Assembly: GCF_006345805.1 (NCBI RefSeq)
Contig: NC_042999.1
Span: forward strand, 45,012,001 to 45,076,000
Direction: 5' to 3'
Length of the DNA stretch: 64,000 bases
Source of the DNA: Octopus sinensis
Taxonomy: Eukaryota
How positions within the stretch are numbered: position 1 is the stretch's first letter; every line of letters begins with the position of its first letter. The translations under genes were made by a program, and so were the position numbers. Positions 51,953 through 63,245 of the stretch are shown one piece after another. The notes under the pieces were generated by a model, which saw only the letters and a list, made by a program, of their open reading frames with translations, was not told where the DNA came from and made no database searches.

Positions 51953-52210
51953 TCTCTCTCTCGGTATATATCTCACTTCACTCGCTTCCGCAGGATGAAA
52001 AAACATCAGCTAAGTTCCCGACCTGTTTCCTCTTTTCATTGTTTTTGCAAGCCTTATTATTATGTATCCCCATCTAATAGCATTATCGTTGTCTTTCGTC
52101 TCAAATGCTAGCTGAAGCATAAAAACTTTCACTCACAAAAACTTATTCACACACCGCAAAGCATTTCATCTCAATCCTGTCTTCTTTCTGCCGCCTAAAA
52201 CCTCATCTCC
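51312..52210. repeat. Tandem array of ~340-360-bp monomers (two full, one partial), each with an internal (CT)n
   Basis: TAAGTTCCCGACCTG at 51312, 51673 and 52011. Confidence 0.95.
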
Positions 52211-52469
52211 CAATGCGCGGTGCGCCCGCCCTCCCACCCCCACCACCAATACCGGATATCTCTATATTTTGCTCCATCTATACCGGATGTCGCTTCTCCC
52301 ACCACCATTATAGGTGTCTACTCTTCGAACCCCCCTCTTCAATACGCTATTTCACCATGCATTACCCCTCTCTCGATATCCTACATTCTGCTTGCCTAGA
52401 ACCTGTCATCATTTCTCTGAACCACCCCTCCCCACTGGTGCTCCCCTATATTTCTGCACCCCCCCCCAC

Positions 52470-52720
52470 ACATAAAAAGCACCATCCGAACGTGGCCGAT
52501 GCCAGACCCCTCTGGCACCTGTGCAGGTGGCACGTAAAAAGCACCCACTACACTCGCGGAGTGGTTGGCGTTAGGAAGGGCATCCAGCTGTAGAAACACT
52601 GCCAGACTAGACTGGAGCCTGGGGCAGTCCCGAGTTCCCCAGACCCCGGTCGAAACCGTCCAACCCGTGCTAGCGCGGAAAACGGACGTTAAACGATGAT
52701 GATGATGATGATGATGATTT
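52470..52720 (+). mobile_element. Family D element, young
   Basis: GTGGTTGGCGTTAGGAAGGGCATCCAGCTGTAGAAAC...AACGGACGTTAAAC(GAT)n. Confidence 0.85.
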
Positions 52721-53029
52721 TATTCTTATTTTGTTCATTCAATTGTGTATTTTGTTTTTGTGTAATTTTCTTCTTTGTGGATGCAATGTTCTGTTGTGTT
52801 TGTGTTTGAGGGGTACTTTGAAACTGAAAATATTGTGCCAGTAAATAAATGAGAAAAGGTCAGCAAAAACAAACCTTTTCCTTTCTTTCTACCCCCAGGT
52901 AAGGCAGGTAAGATTTCCACAGGTAATTATAATCCTTTATTGCAAGTACTCCGTAGAAAATTTTGTTTGGTAATAATACAAATAACGTTTATCTTTGGAG
53001 TGAAGATAAACACATGTGTATGCTTTGAG

Positions 53030-53033
53030 AACC

Positions 53034-53089
<56 letters not shown>

Positions 53090-53381
53090 TGATAATAATA
53101 ATGCAATAAAGAAGAATAAAATCAACAGCAACATATAATTCACACATTAGCTGCAAAAACAAACAATGTCAGCGGGACCTGGATACATGCCTGATTACAA
53201 ATCAAAATATTCTTTTAGTCTATAAGATATACTATCTCCTGTAAATACAGATATAAGAGAAAAGTTGTTTGCTTAGTACTTAGTAGTAGTAGTAGTAGTA
53301 GTAGTTTTATATATATATAAATGCACACACACACACACATATGTACATATGTATGTGTGTGTTTCTCTCTCTCTCTCTCTT

Positions 53382-53416
<35 letters not shown>

Positions 53417-53483
53417 ATGTATGTATATATATATACACACATACACACACACACATATATATGGATATATATACATATGTACA

Positions 53484-53523
<40 letters not shown>

Positions 53524-54110
53524 CATATTCATACATACACACTTGCATATATATATATATATATATATATGTACTTACATACATACACACTCACACATAT
53601 GCATGTATTATAAATGCATGTGTAATGTAATTATAAAGTTCCGGCTGTTAATTTGACTCTAATCTTTTGGATAAAAATTCAAAAGCTGTCATCATCACTA
53701 CCATCATTCTCACTGCTGATAAATAACCACCAGCACCGACATCACCAGCAGCAGTAACAACACCATCGGTACCACCACATTCGTCATCGTCGTCATCGTT
53801 GTCCTCCTCCTCATCATCATCATCTTTTACAATGTCATTCTATTGCTCCTCCACCTTATCATCACCACCACTATCATCACCAGCACCACCACCACCACCA
53901 CCACCACTCTCACCACCATCAACCCCCCTCCACACCACCACCACTCTCACCACCATCAACCCCCCTCCACACCACCACCACAGCCGCCACCGCCATCACC
54001 GCCGCTGCCGCCACCACCACCACCACCACAGCTGCCACCACCACCACTGTCGCTGCCACCACCACCACCACCACCACCACACTCCTCCTCCTCCTTGTTA
54101 GTCCTGTTAC
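53030..54110. repeat. (AAT)n, (TA/CA)n and (CAC/CAT)n microsatellite block
   Basis: Direct inspection; the His/Pro/Thr-rich ORFs are artefacts. Confidence 0.9.
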
Positions 54111-54466
54111 CACTAATATCGATATTTATCTTATCACCTATGATAAAATAGTGCCAGAGCTTTCAGTCATATTATCCTCACAACCGTCATCATCATCAAT
54201 AACATAACCACCAACATTTCCGTGATATCATTAAAGAGTGTTGTTATGTTATGTTACTTGCACAGCTTCACCATCACAGCTACTACCAACATTACGTCAG
54301 GAACAAGGGAGATAGGACAAAAACTAAAGTATCAAAGTGTTTCCGGTCTTGTTAGTTTATATTCATGTTCTATAGGACATTGGTGAGTGATGTATTAATG
54401 GGAGTAATGATTTACTATGATTTACCATGATTTACTATCATTGTTGTTAGACCTTGCTCAGTTTTA

Positions 54467-55090
54467 GAGGGTGTTCAGGTTAAATTTGATGATTTTTTAT
54501 GTCTCTTGTTTTCAAGAACTGATTGAAGTAGAAGGAGTGTGAACAAAAGACGAGGAGTTCCCGTTCCTTCCTTGTCTACCATGTGATGTCCCATGTATCA
54601 TGCAAACCAAGTTCTCTCAAACTGTGATGGTCTTTATGTATGTCACCAGTGGGGGTGGGGGGTGGAGGGCGATATTATGCTGCCCCACATCTTTGAACAG
54701 GGCCTTAGACTCAATTCAGACAGCTATATGAACCTGTTGTGATCAAACCCTAGTTGGAGAGGGTTGCTATTGGAAGGCCATATGTATGGCAGCAGGATTT
54801 AGGTCCTTGCCATATCTCTAGAAAGAATCAGAAATGGTTGATGGAGAATTTCTGACTTCACCTACCCCTAATTTCTGGCCTTCTAATTCCTCCAATATAA
54901 TCCCAATTGTCTACTATGAGTGAGGTATATTTGAGAAAGACACCAACAGTTCTGCTTGCAACAACAAGGCTGGTTGTGAAAATCAAGGATGTGTTCAAAG
55001 ATCTTCCTAGGGACACAGCAAGGAATGCACATGCCACCTTCCGGAGCTCTCTTAAAGCTGTGCTAGAAGCTGAAGGTAGCTACCCTGAGA
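54467..55090 (+). mobile_element. Tc1-like (IS630-Tc1-mariner) transposase remnant
   Basis: PHIFEQGLRLNSDSY, YVWQQD.GPCH.SR..QKWL, FWPSNS...NP, FRSSLKAVLEAEG; multiple lesions. Confidence 0.75.
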
Positions 55091-55656
55091 AAACTGTTAT
55101 CCCCCAGACATAATCTAGTTGATATTTTCGATTTAAAAAAACTAAAAAAACTTTTATATTTGAACAGAATATTGTTTGCTTTTCCTTTTTTATAAACTGT
55201 CAAATTTAGCATGAACGTTCTGTATAAGCTTCTTTTGACAGTCATATCTTATGAGATAATGATTGCACACCTGGAAAGTCTTAGTTTGGTCTGTGTCAGT
55301 ACAGCGTAGTAGAAACAATACTGGAATGTACCCTCTCTAAAGTGCAGGCTGGGGCAAGGCTATGTAGCAGGGAATCAGTCTCAGTCTTCAATACAAAATT
55401 GTAGATATGGGTGTGTGGTTAAGAAGCTTGCTTTCCAGCTGTATGGTTTTTGAGTTCAATCCCATTACAGAATGCCTAGGACAAGTATTTTCTACTGTAG
55501 CTTCAGGCAGATCAAAGCCTTCTGAATGAATATTGTAGAAGGAAAAAAGCCCACCATATGTGCATGTGTGTGTGTATGTGTTTGTGTATACACGTGCATG
55601 TATATGTATGAATATGTCTGTGTGTGTGTGTGTGTGTATGTGTGTGTGTGTGTATG

Positions 55657-55689
<33 letters not shown>

Positions 55690-55705
55690 TATATATACAT
55701 ACATG

Positions 55706-55945
55706 CAGTAGAACCTCAGTTTTTGAACAACTCTGATCATGAATAAATTGTACTTTATCTCCTGTCTTTCTCATATTCATTTAATACAGTAGTACCTCGG
55801 TTTATGAATGCCTCTGATCACGAATAAATTGTGCTTTATATTTTTATATTTATAATTTTTATATTTATATTTATATCTATCTCTCTATATATATAAAGCA
55901 TGATTCATTCACGATCAGAGTTGTTCAAAAACTGAGGTACTACTG
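55706..55945. mobile_element. Tigger/pogo-type MITE with a duplicated left TIR
   Basis: CAGTAG(A/T)ACCTC at 55706 and 55787; right TIR ...AAAAACTGAGGTACTACTG ends at 55945. Confidence 0.75.
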
Positions 55946-55977
55946 TGTACATAACAGTATATATCATCATCATCATC

Positions 55978-56040
<63 letters not shown>

Positions 56041-56681
56041 ATATACGTATGTATGTATGTATGTATGTATGTATGTATGTATAAAGTGTTTGAAGTGGTG
56101 TACAGATATATATTGAGAAAAAAGAGGCAGTCAGAATGTTGGATAATCCTTTATTAGAGCTTTCATTCATTTTCCGAACTCGTCAAGACAAAATCATTGT
56201 CTTGACGAGTTTATAAATGAAATGAAAGTGCAAATATAGGATTATCCAACATTCTCACTGCCTCCTTTTTTCTCAAGATATATATATATATATATATATT
56301 GTGGGTGTGCAGGTGTGTGTTTGTGTGTATCCTTGTTTTGATATCATTTGGTAGTTACCAACAAGTTTTGTTTGTTTCTAGTCTCCTGTGAAGAACATGG
56401 GAAATATTATTACCTTGCATGGAAACAGGTGAGGGTTGATGATAGGAAGGGCATCTGGCCATAGACAATACATCTCAACAAATTTCATGTGAATCATGCA
56501 AGCATGGAAAAGTTGATGTTAAAATGATGATGTTGCTGATGCTGATGATGACGACGATGATGATGACAACGACGATGATGATATTTAGAAACAAATTTAA
56601 GTCTTCAAATACCATCGGTACCACTAGCACCACCAGCTACCACCAACACTACTAGTACAACCAGATCCAATGCCATCATTG

Positions 56682-56714
<33 letters not shown>

Positions 56715-57139
56715 ACAAATCCAGTTTGTTGTTTTGGTTGTAGAACAAAACTTAAAGTAACTAAGATACTGTTTCTTTTTTCTTTTTTTTTTTTTGTGTG
56801 TGTGTGAGTTATAAAATCATAATCTTTGTTTAAGCCATGCTAATCATGACAATCTATAACAAAAGACAAATTCTAACAAAGTTATTTTAATCAAGCAGTG
56901 ATTCACTAATTGTTGCGCTGTTGTTTCTCTGGGAAACCACCATCAGCATGATTCAATAACAACAATGATGACGACGACGATGACAATAACAATGACAATA
57001 GCAACAACAACAATGACGAAATCCCCTCCAAAAACATACATTACACTTGACATTATATTCTCTGTTTGAAAGAACTGACAGAATAACCAAAATATAAGAT
57101 GTATCTTTCTTCTGATAAATGATAGCATTTATCTTTTTT

Positions 57140-57530
57140 TATCTTCTACTTCTTTCAATCATTGGACTGCAGCCATGTTGGAGCACTTCTTTGAAGAGTT
57201 TTAGTTGACCAAATTGATGCCAGGACTTATTTTTTGTTTAAGTCTGGTAATTGTTCAATTTTCTCTCTTTTGTAAAACCACTAAGATATGGGGATGTAAA
57301 CTAACCAACGCTGGTTGTCTAGGAGTGGGGAACACGCACAAAGACACACGCACGCGTGCACACACACACACACACACATACACAATGGGCTTCCACGTAG
57401 TTTCCAACAATCAAATTCACTCACAAAGCATTGGGTCAGCCCAAAGCTATAATAGAAGACACTTGCCTGAGGTACTGTGCTGTGGGACTGAACCCAAAAT
57501 CATATGGTTGCAAAGTGAGTACAGTCGTAC
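57140..57530 (-). mobile_element. SINE family A (diverged)
   Basis: Antisense homology. Confidence 0.7.
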
Positions 57531-57627
57531 CCACCTCTCTCTCTCTCTCTCACCCCATCCATCTATCCGTCCGTCTGTCTGTTTGCCTGCCTGTCTGTCT
57601 GTCTGTCTGTCTGCCTGCCTGCCTGCC

Positions 57628-57697
<70 letters not shown>

Positions 57698-59270
57698 CTA
57701 CCTATACAGAGCCATTTGAAAAATCTACAAACTAACCAGTTGGAGCATAAGCCAGCAAGAATACAGAGGTCAGATTTGGAACCAGAGGTCATGAAGACGG
57801 TTTGCCAGAAGAGGTAGCAGCATTTTGATTAAATTGAAACGATGCAGGTGCTATCACACAGCTTTTTCATTTATAGCTGACAGCCTTGTAATACTAAAGA
57901 CAGCCAGACAACAGAATTAATGATACTGAATATAGCAGCTTGTCACACAATGCTTTCACTTCACCAGATCTCGATGTAACAGAAACACCATCCAACAAAT
58001 TACCAGCACCAAACAGTCAAAGAATTCTTCTTCAAATTTAGCTAACCTCCATTTGGTGTGTATTTAGCCAAATGCAACAGTTCAATTCTGACAGTTATGT
58101 GATAAAGTATAATTTGTTTTATACTGTTTCTATGGCTAAATTATCTTTGTGAACAATGTATTCCTTTCTGTGTTAAGACAGTTACTATATTGTAAGAACT
58201 ATTAAGTTAATTTCTTGCTTCCAAACTGCATGAAGTGCTGATTCAAGTCTCATTAGACCTTTTGTATATAATATTTTTGACCACGTTCGCTTGTTTTTGA
58301 CCTCTCCATTGGTTTTAGCCATACTTTCTTTATGTAGTTTCAGCATAATAAAAATCAGTCATTTTTATTATCTTGGTTTGGACATTTATCTATAAAATTA
58401 CCACAGGTGTATGCATCAAGAAAAAGACAAGACTCAATTCTGTTTAATGCCAGTCACATCACACAAGTTGCTAGACTGAAGTTGAAGACAATATCAAATT
58501 GCCTTAAGAAGTCTATCTCCTGATTTTAGGTGGTTAAACAAACTTCAATACTTAGTTGGTACTGGTTCTCTTTTTTAACTCTAGAAAAATGAAAGACATT
58601 ATTATTAATGTTATTATTTTTAATGCTGTTGTTTTATGTTGTGAGTTCAAATATTGGCATGGTTGACTTTAGGGTTGATAAAATAAGTACCAGTCAAGTA
58701 CTTGGGTTAATGTAGTCAACTCCCCAAAATTACAGGTCCTGTGCCTATAATCCTTTCTACTATAGGCACAAGGCCTGAAACTTTGGGGGAGGGAGCTAGC
58801 TGATTTCATTGACTCTAGTATGTAACTGGTACTTATTTTATTGATCCTGGAAGAATGAAAGGCAAAGTTAACCTCAGTAGAAATTGAACTCAAAACATAA
58901 AGATGGATGAAATACCACTAAGCATTTTGCCTGGCATGCTAACGATTCTGCCAGTTTGCCACCTTTTCCTTACAATTGAAAGCATTATTATTAATGTTGT
59001 TTTATGTTCAGAGTTCAAATATTACTGAAGTTAACTTTGCTTTCCATATTTTTGGAGTCAATATAATAAAGTACCATTTGAGTACCAGTGTAAATTTATT
59101 TGGCTTACCTTCTCCCCTAAAATTGCTAGCCTTGTGCCAAAATTGGAAAGAATAATTGATGTTGTTGTTTGCCTGTTTTACTTAATTTATGTTACTTCCC
59201 TTAGTATAATGCAAAAGAAAAGTAGGTAGGAACATACAATTGTATTATATGGGTAATTGTATTATATGGG

Positions 59271-59505
59271 AAGGCGGCAAGCTGGCAGAAACGTTAGCAC
59301 GCTGGGCGAAATGCGTAGCCGTATTTCGTCTGCCGTTACGTTCTAGGTTCAAATTCCGCCAAGGTCGACTTTGCCTTTCATCCTTTCGGGGGTCGATAAT
59401 TTAAGTACCAGTTACGCACTGGGGTCGATGTAATCGACTTAATCCATTTGTCTGTCCTTGTTTGTCCCCTCTGTGTTTAGCCCCTTGTGGGTAGTAAAGA
59501 AATAT
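59271..59505 (+). mobile_element. SINE family B, full-length young monomer
   Basis: AAGGCGGCAAGCTGGCAGAAACGTTAGC...GGTTCAAATTCC...GTAGTAAAGAAATA; CpG-rich. Confidence 0.9.
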
Positions 59506-60406
59506 ATATGGGTAAAAGCAAGGCAGTGAGCTGGCAGAGTCATTAGCATGCAGGGTGAAATGCATTATGGTATTTCACCCATTTTTACATTCTGAGTTCA
59601 AGTACTGGGACTAATTCAATCAGTTTATACCAATCTCTCTGAATTTAAAATCTTGTTACTATGTTCCATAAAGAGCATAGGTCCAGTTTCCTAGTTTCTC
59701 TGATGTACACATCCCTCCCAGGGTGGGAAGCTTGTCTGTCCCAGGATTACTCATTTTTACCAGCTGAGTGGAGTGAAGAAATGTGAAATGAAGTGTTTTG
59801 CTCAAGAACACAATGCACTGCCCAATCCAGGTATCGGAACCACAATCTTATGATCATGAATGTAACACCCTCACCACTAAGCCATGCACCTCCAAAAATC
59901 AAAGTCAGGGAGTATAGTATACTATACAATAAGCAGTTGAGGGTCAAAATCCTTAGAGTGTCAAACAAAATGCCTTGCATCATTTGTTCCTGTTCTAAGG
60001 TAATGGTTAGACAGAATCTTTAGAGCACCAGAAAATATCTTGTTGTATTTCTTCTAGATCTTTGTGCTCTGAGTACCAATCCCCGAGGTCAAATTTGCCT
60101 TTCATCCCTTCAAGGTTGATAAAATAAAGTATGAGTCAAGTTTTGGGGTCATTGCTATCAACTAACCCCCAACTCTTAAAATTGTTGGTCTTGTGCCTAA
60201 ATCAGAAAATATTATTTGCTCTAGCCCTTTAGATTTCATTCATGATTTACCTATATAATAATGGTTTCAAATTTGGGCACAAGGTCAGCAATTACAGAGG
60301 AGGGAGCAAGTCGATTACATCAACCCCAGTGCTCAACTGGTACTAATTTTACATTATTTACATTATTTACATTTGACGGATATTTGTCCTCATCTTGTTA
60401 GTTGGT

Positions 60407-60452
60407 AACACAATGTTTCAGCTGATATACTCTCCAGCCTTCTTCAGGTGTC
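60407..60452 (-). ncRNA. Second hammerhead copy with a mutated stem III (GAAACATT)
   Basis: Reverse complement reads GACACCTGAAGAAGGCTGGAGAGTATATCAGCTGAAACATTGTGTT. Confidence 0.5.
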
Positions 60453-60762
60453 TTGGAGAAATTTTGAACTTGGGTTCTCATTCCTAAGGTATTTTTCGAT
60501 GTTGTTGTTATTATTATTATTATTATTGTTATTGTTCAGAATCAAACTCAGAATCATTGGGTTAGTAGCCTGCGCTCTTAACCACTACGCCATATGCCCG
60601 TGGGCATAGTGGTTAAGAGCATGGGCTACTAACCCCAAGATTTCGAATTCGATTTCAAGCAGTGACTTAAACAATAACAACAACAACAACAACAACAACA
60701 ATAATAATAATAACATCGAAAAATACCTAAGGAATGAGAACCCAGGTTCAAAATTTCCTCAA

Positions 60763-60808
60763 GACACCTGAAGAAGGCTGGAGGGTATATCAGCTGAAAC
60801 GTTGTGTT
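60763..60808 (+). ncRNA. Minimal type I hammerhead ribozyme motif (PLE-like)
   Basis: GACAC-CTGAAGA-A-GGCTG(10 nt)CAGCT-GAAAC-GTT-GTGTT: stem I GACAC/GTGTT, stem II 5 bp, palindromic ACGT stem III, predicted cleavage after GUU (60803). Confidence 0.6.
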
Positions 60809-61289
60809 ACCAACAAACGAGATGAGGAAAAATAGCCATCGAATGTAAATAATGTAAATAATGGAAATAATGTACATAATTCCTCATCTCTTAAATATAG
60901 AACTGGTACTAATTTTATCAACCCTGAAGGGATGAAAAGCAAAAGCATACATGCATACATACATACAGTCATGGGTATGTAACATACTGCCTAAATACCA
61001 ATCTTCAAAAATTAGGCTTCTCAACACCAGAAAGGAGAAAGCTGATTTGAAGACTACAAATCCAAGCCATCACTGTGAGCATATCTAGATCTGAAAGTAT
61101 ATGCATGTGTAGATATACATAAAACAAAACATAAAAATCTGCATGTATACATACATACATACATACATACATGCATACGTACATATGTAGATACATGCAT
61201 ACATGCATATGTACATATATTCTCACACAAACACATACAACTCTATCTTCATATGTAACAGTTCATATATATATATATATATATATCTT

Positions 61290-62350
61290 TTACTCTTTTA
61301 CTTGTTTCAGTCGTTTGACTGCAGCCATGCTGGAGCACCGCCTTTAATCGATAACTCGACCTCGGGACTTATTCTTTTGTAAGCCCAGTACTTATTCTAT
61401 CAGTCGCTTTTGCTGAACTGCTAAGTTACGGGGACATAAACACACCAGCATCGGTTGTCAAGCAATGCTAGGGGGACAAACACAGACACACAAACACACA
61501 CACGTATATATATATATATATACATTTATTACACACATGTGAGTGAGAACACTTTGAGATATTTTTGGTATCTAACATATGTCAGATACTGTGAGTGCTG
61601 CTTCTGATTGGTCAATCCATGCTGATGACCCGAGGTCACGGTGACGGCGCTATTTTTGTCATTCATAAGTTACAACTAAACTTCATTCATTACTTTCACG
61701 AGCAGGTAGAATGTAGCCATGTAATTAAACAAACATACTATCTTTTTTATACCAGATATCACTTAAAGTCAAAGATTCAATCTGTGTTATGTATTTCTTG
61801 AACGTGAACTTGAATGTTAACAAAATTTTAAACAGTCATCAGTTATCAGTCATTTCACCTGAAAACTTAGCGCTATAAAGTCAGACTATCTTCCTGCGGC
61901 ATGACATCTTTTACAGTTACACATTGTGACGTCACTGACGTGAAATCAAGCTGTATTCATGCGCGCTTCAACACGATGTGAAGAATTTAGTTATTGGGTT
62001 AATAAAATATGGTCGTTTATTCGTGTGTAATAAATAAAATACCAAACTCATTCCCTATGGATACCGTATTTATTACAATGAGTGGCTTGTAAACGTATCT
62101 AACTCGCTTTCGCTCATTAGATACGTTTACAAGCCACTCGTTGTAATAAATACGGTATCCATAGGGAACTCGTTTGGTATTCTCTATATATACGACGGGC
62201 TTCTTTCAGTTTCCGTCTACCAAATCCACTCACAAGGCTTTGGTCGGCCCGAGGCTATAGTAGAAGACACTTGCCCAAGGTGCCACACAGTGGGACTGAA
62301 CCCGGAACCATGTGGTTGGTAAACAAGCTACTTACCACACAGCCACTCCT
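61290..62350 (-). mobile_element. SINE family A split by a ~680-bp insertion in its internal (TA)n
   Basis: Tail and body 61290-61505; head 62190-62350. Confidence 0.75.
62038..62181. repeat. Palindrome with 65-bp arms and a 14-nt loop at the end of a CpG-containing insert (about 61560-62185)
   Basis: 62038-62102 versus 62117-62181: 4 mismatches; loop CTCGCTTTCGCTCA. Confidence 0.9.
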
Positions 62351-62412
62351 GTATATATGTATGTATGTATGCATGTATGTATGTATGTATGTATATATAT
62401 ATATATATATAT

Positions 62413-62850
62413 ATACTAAGCAATAAGGGTTTAGCAACGAGTTGCCTTACCACATACCGAATTTAGAAATAGCAGTCAAAGGGTTATAGCTATTTCTTCT
62501 ACTAAAAAGGGAGATCTCAGTAAAAACAGCATTTGGAAGGCAGACACAAACAGGTAAGAGAGAATGAATTGACTGCAATCTATCATACATTTTTTTAGTT
62601 ATCCACGGACGTACGTTTCGAAATCAAGTTTTAAGGAAAGCTCGAAACGTACGTCCGTGGATAACTAAAAAAATGTATGATAGATTGCAGTCAATTCATT
62701 CTCTCTTACCTGTTTGTGTCTGCCTTCCAAATGCTGTTTTTACTGAGATCTCCCTTTTTAGTAGAAGAAATAGCTATAACCCTTTGACTGCTATTTCTAA
62801 ATTCGGTATGTGGTAAGGCAACTCGTTGCTAAACCCTTATTGCTTAGTAT
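62413..62850. repeat. Perfect 209-bp inverted repeat with a 20-nt spacer (PLE-like fold-back)
   Basis: 62413-62621 / 62642-62850, no mismatch found by eye; inner ends read TCGAAACGTACGTCCGTGG. Confidence 0.95.
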
Positions 62851-62945
62851 TACTTAAATTTTCCTCGAATGAGGCTTTTACATGCCGAAGACTACTTGGT
62901 GTAATTGATAATTTTTCCAAATTAATTAATTTCACCCTTCATTAT

Positions 62946-62976
<31 letters not shown>

Positions 62977-63019
62977 TATATATATAATGTTTATAAGTAT
63001 GTATGTATTTATATACATA

Positions 63020-63245
63020 TATCATCATCATCATCATCATCATCATTTAGCATCCGTTCTCCATGCTAGCATGGGTTGGACGGTTCAACTGGGGTCTGTG
63101 AAGCTGGAAGGCTTCATCAGGCCCAGTCAGATCTGGCAGTGTTTCTACGGCTCGATGCCCTTCCTAACGCCAACCACTCCGTGAGTGTAGTGGGTGCTTT
63201 TTACATGCCACCCGCACAGTTGCCAGACAGAGCTGGCAAACGGCC
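63020..63245 (-). mobile_element. Family D element
   Basis: Antisense homologue of 52470-52720. Confidence 0.85.

Larger units (their letters stand above)
48990..52210 (-). pseudogene. Decayed gag/ORF1-only retroelement (HAL1-like) with 5' tandem monomers and an AATAAA end
   Basis: Frameshifted ORF from about 51305 to 49270 (KYVYLQFRK..., VSYGTMCYNFK, degenerate knuckle IICHTKKYFSVFCP, K/E-rich linker, GAIDIPND...LEYWQDTKD). No RT or endonuclease motifs seen. AATAAA at 48996-48991, then a trinucleotide tail. Confidence 0.5.
60351..60900. mobile_element. Head-to-head pair of tRNA-headed SINEs (family F) inside a single 16-bp TSD
   Basis: Minus copy 60599-60351, plus copy 60602-60900; AACTGGTACTAATTTT at 60335-60350 and 60901-60916; the host is a SINE B. 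Confidence 0.85.

Noticed and set aside
58175-58350. 53-aa minus-strand ORF MLKLHKESMAKTNGEVK...
   Set aside because: Short, with no convincing splice sites or recognisable family.
59271-59370. tRNA-like sequences at SINE heads (also 3926, 7708, 60602)
   Set aside because: No complete cloverleaf with an acceptor stem; they continue into SINE bodies, so they are not tRNA genes.
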